A stretch of DNA of 64,000 bases from Spirochaetales bacterium (GTDB lineage Bacteria; Spirochaetota; Spirochaetia; DSM-27196; SLST01): contig JBKHII010000007.1 in NCBI GenBank assembly GCA_046538735.1, positions 15,296 to 79,295 of the forward strand, given 5' to 3'. Position 1 is the stretch's first letter, and every line of letters begins with the position of its first letter. Both the position numbers and the translations under genes were made by a program. This document shows, piece after piece, positions 63,212 to 64,000 of the stretch. The notes below the pieces were generated by a model. It was not told where the DNA came from. It worked only from the letters and a program-made list of their open reading frames with translations, and searched no databases.

Positions 63212-63409
63212 CTACTCCTCGTTCTTGAATGCTCCGATCTGTCGCCGATAGTCGACGATCTTATCGAAGACGGTCTGATAGTCCTCACGGACTATCAGAC
63301 GCTTGCCACTGAGCATGATAAGCGTGGTATCCGGGTTCTGCTCGATGTACTCGATCTGATGCGGGTTCACATGGTACTCGTGTCCATCAAGGCGCGTGAC
63401 CTTAATCAT
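63212..63409 (-). CDS. flbD: Flagellar protein FlbD
   Basis: MIKVTRLDGHEYHVNPHQIEYIEQNPDTTLIMLSGKRLIV, 65 aa, between flgE and motA. Confidence 0.9.
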   Translation of the reverse strand: MIKVTRLDGHEYHVNPHQIEYIEQNPDTTLIMLSGKRLIVREDYQTVFDKIVDYRRQIGAFKNEE

Positions 63410-63429
63410 CTGCCCGGAATCCTACCCCC

Positions 63430-64000
63430 TTACCGCTTCAGTGTTAATACTTCCTGCAGCATCTGGTCCGACGTCTGAATCGTCCGTGAGTTCGCCTGGA
63501 AGCCGCGCTGGGTAACGATCATGTCGGTGAACTGTTCGGCCAGATCGACGTTGCTCATCTCAAGCGTCCCCGCGATGATACTCCCCTTGCCCGCGGCACC
63601 GGGAGCATCCACCAGCGGATCGCCCGAATTGATTGTGACAACGTAGTCGTTCTCACCCGACTTTTCAAGGCCTCCCGGATTCACGAAGCTCGCGAGCGCC
63701 AGCTGACCGAGCGCGCGATTCGTTCCGTTCGAGTAGATCCCCGTGATGACCCCGCTCTGATCGATTCGGAAGTCCTCGAGGTAGCCGAGTCCGTACCCGT
63801 CCTGACGCACGATCTTGTTCGTGCTCTCGCTCGTGAACTGCGTGGTCGACTCGTCCATGCCGCCGACCTCACCGAGCTCGACCGAGACGCTCTGTGTCAC
63901 CGGCGGCTCGGCCAAACCGGTCGTGGGATCCACGGGCTCAGACGTGTCGGGAACCAGGAAGTCCAGGTCAATCGTGAGGTTGCCCTCGGCGTCCAGCCCG
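63430..64000 (-). CDS. flgE: Flagellar hook protein FlgE, C-terminal part (continues beyond the window)
   Basis: [46 protein letters not shown]...[36 protein letters not shown]. The frame is open to position 64000. Confidence 0.92.
   Translation of the reverse strand, partial: GLDAEGNLTIDLDFLVPDTSEPVDPTTGLAEPPVTQSVSVELGEVGGMDESTTQFTSESTNKIVRQDGYGLGYLEDFRIDQSGVITGIYSNGTNRALGQLALASFVNPGGLEKSGENDYVVTINSGDPLVDAPGAAGKGSIIAGTLEMSNVDLAEQFTDMIVTQRGFQANSRTIQTSDQMLQEVLTLKR

Overview
GC-rich (over 60% by eye, not computed) chromosomal segment that looks like a spirochete. Evidence: FlaB-type core flagellins starting MIINHN, a FlaA-like sheath protein fragment, flbD, and Treponema/Borrelia-like flagellar gene order. 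About 65 CDS are supported. Three motility blocks dominate. (1) 7.3-16.6 kb, plus strand: PlzA-like PilZ receptor, TPR protein, two tandem flaB genes, flaG, fliD, then three uncharacterised genes including a membrane-anchored YcgR-like PilZ protein. (2) 17.8-22.2 kb, minus strand: flgN-like, flgK, flgL, fliW, csrA. (3) 44.5 to beyond 64 kb, minus strand: one tightly packed run flgE(partial)-flbD-motA-motB-fliL-fliM-fliY-fliO/Z-fliP-fliQ-fliR-flhB-flhA-flhF-flhG-(repeat protein)-fliA-FapA-(2 small proteins)-cheA. Housekeeping genes fill the rest: metX-metW, infC-rpmI-rplT, ZapB-like-zapA, a PfkB kinase, tsaE-tsaB, trxB-GH3-GNAT-glgA, mrfB-mrfA, glgC, Nudix/Nnr cluster, secA, M23 peptidase, and a PBP coupled to a Maf-like protein. 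I recognised no rRNA, tRNA, CRISPR array, transposase, integrase or prophage genes, so this is core genome rather than an obvious accessory island. The best candidates for undescribed biology are: (a) the fliD-downstream trio at 14308-16594, which sits where fliS is expected; (b) the proteins flanking fliA (tandem-repeat membrane protein 50038-50829, FapA plus 104-aa and 185-aa proteins) with a partnerless cheA ending the operon; (c) an exact 11-bp tandem repeat array at 6268-6334 upstream of an orphan gene; (d) several consensus sigma70-type promoters that abut start codons, suggesting leaderless mRNAs; (e) conserved GGA-loop hairpins in both flaB leaders that match the fliW-csrA module in the same window. 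Many long ORFs in the track are antisense artefacts of high GC and were rejected. All functional calls come from motif and family recognition by eye; no searches were run.
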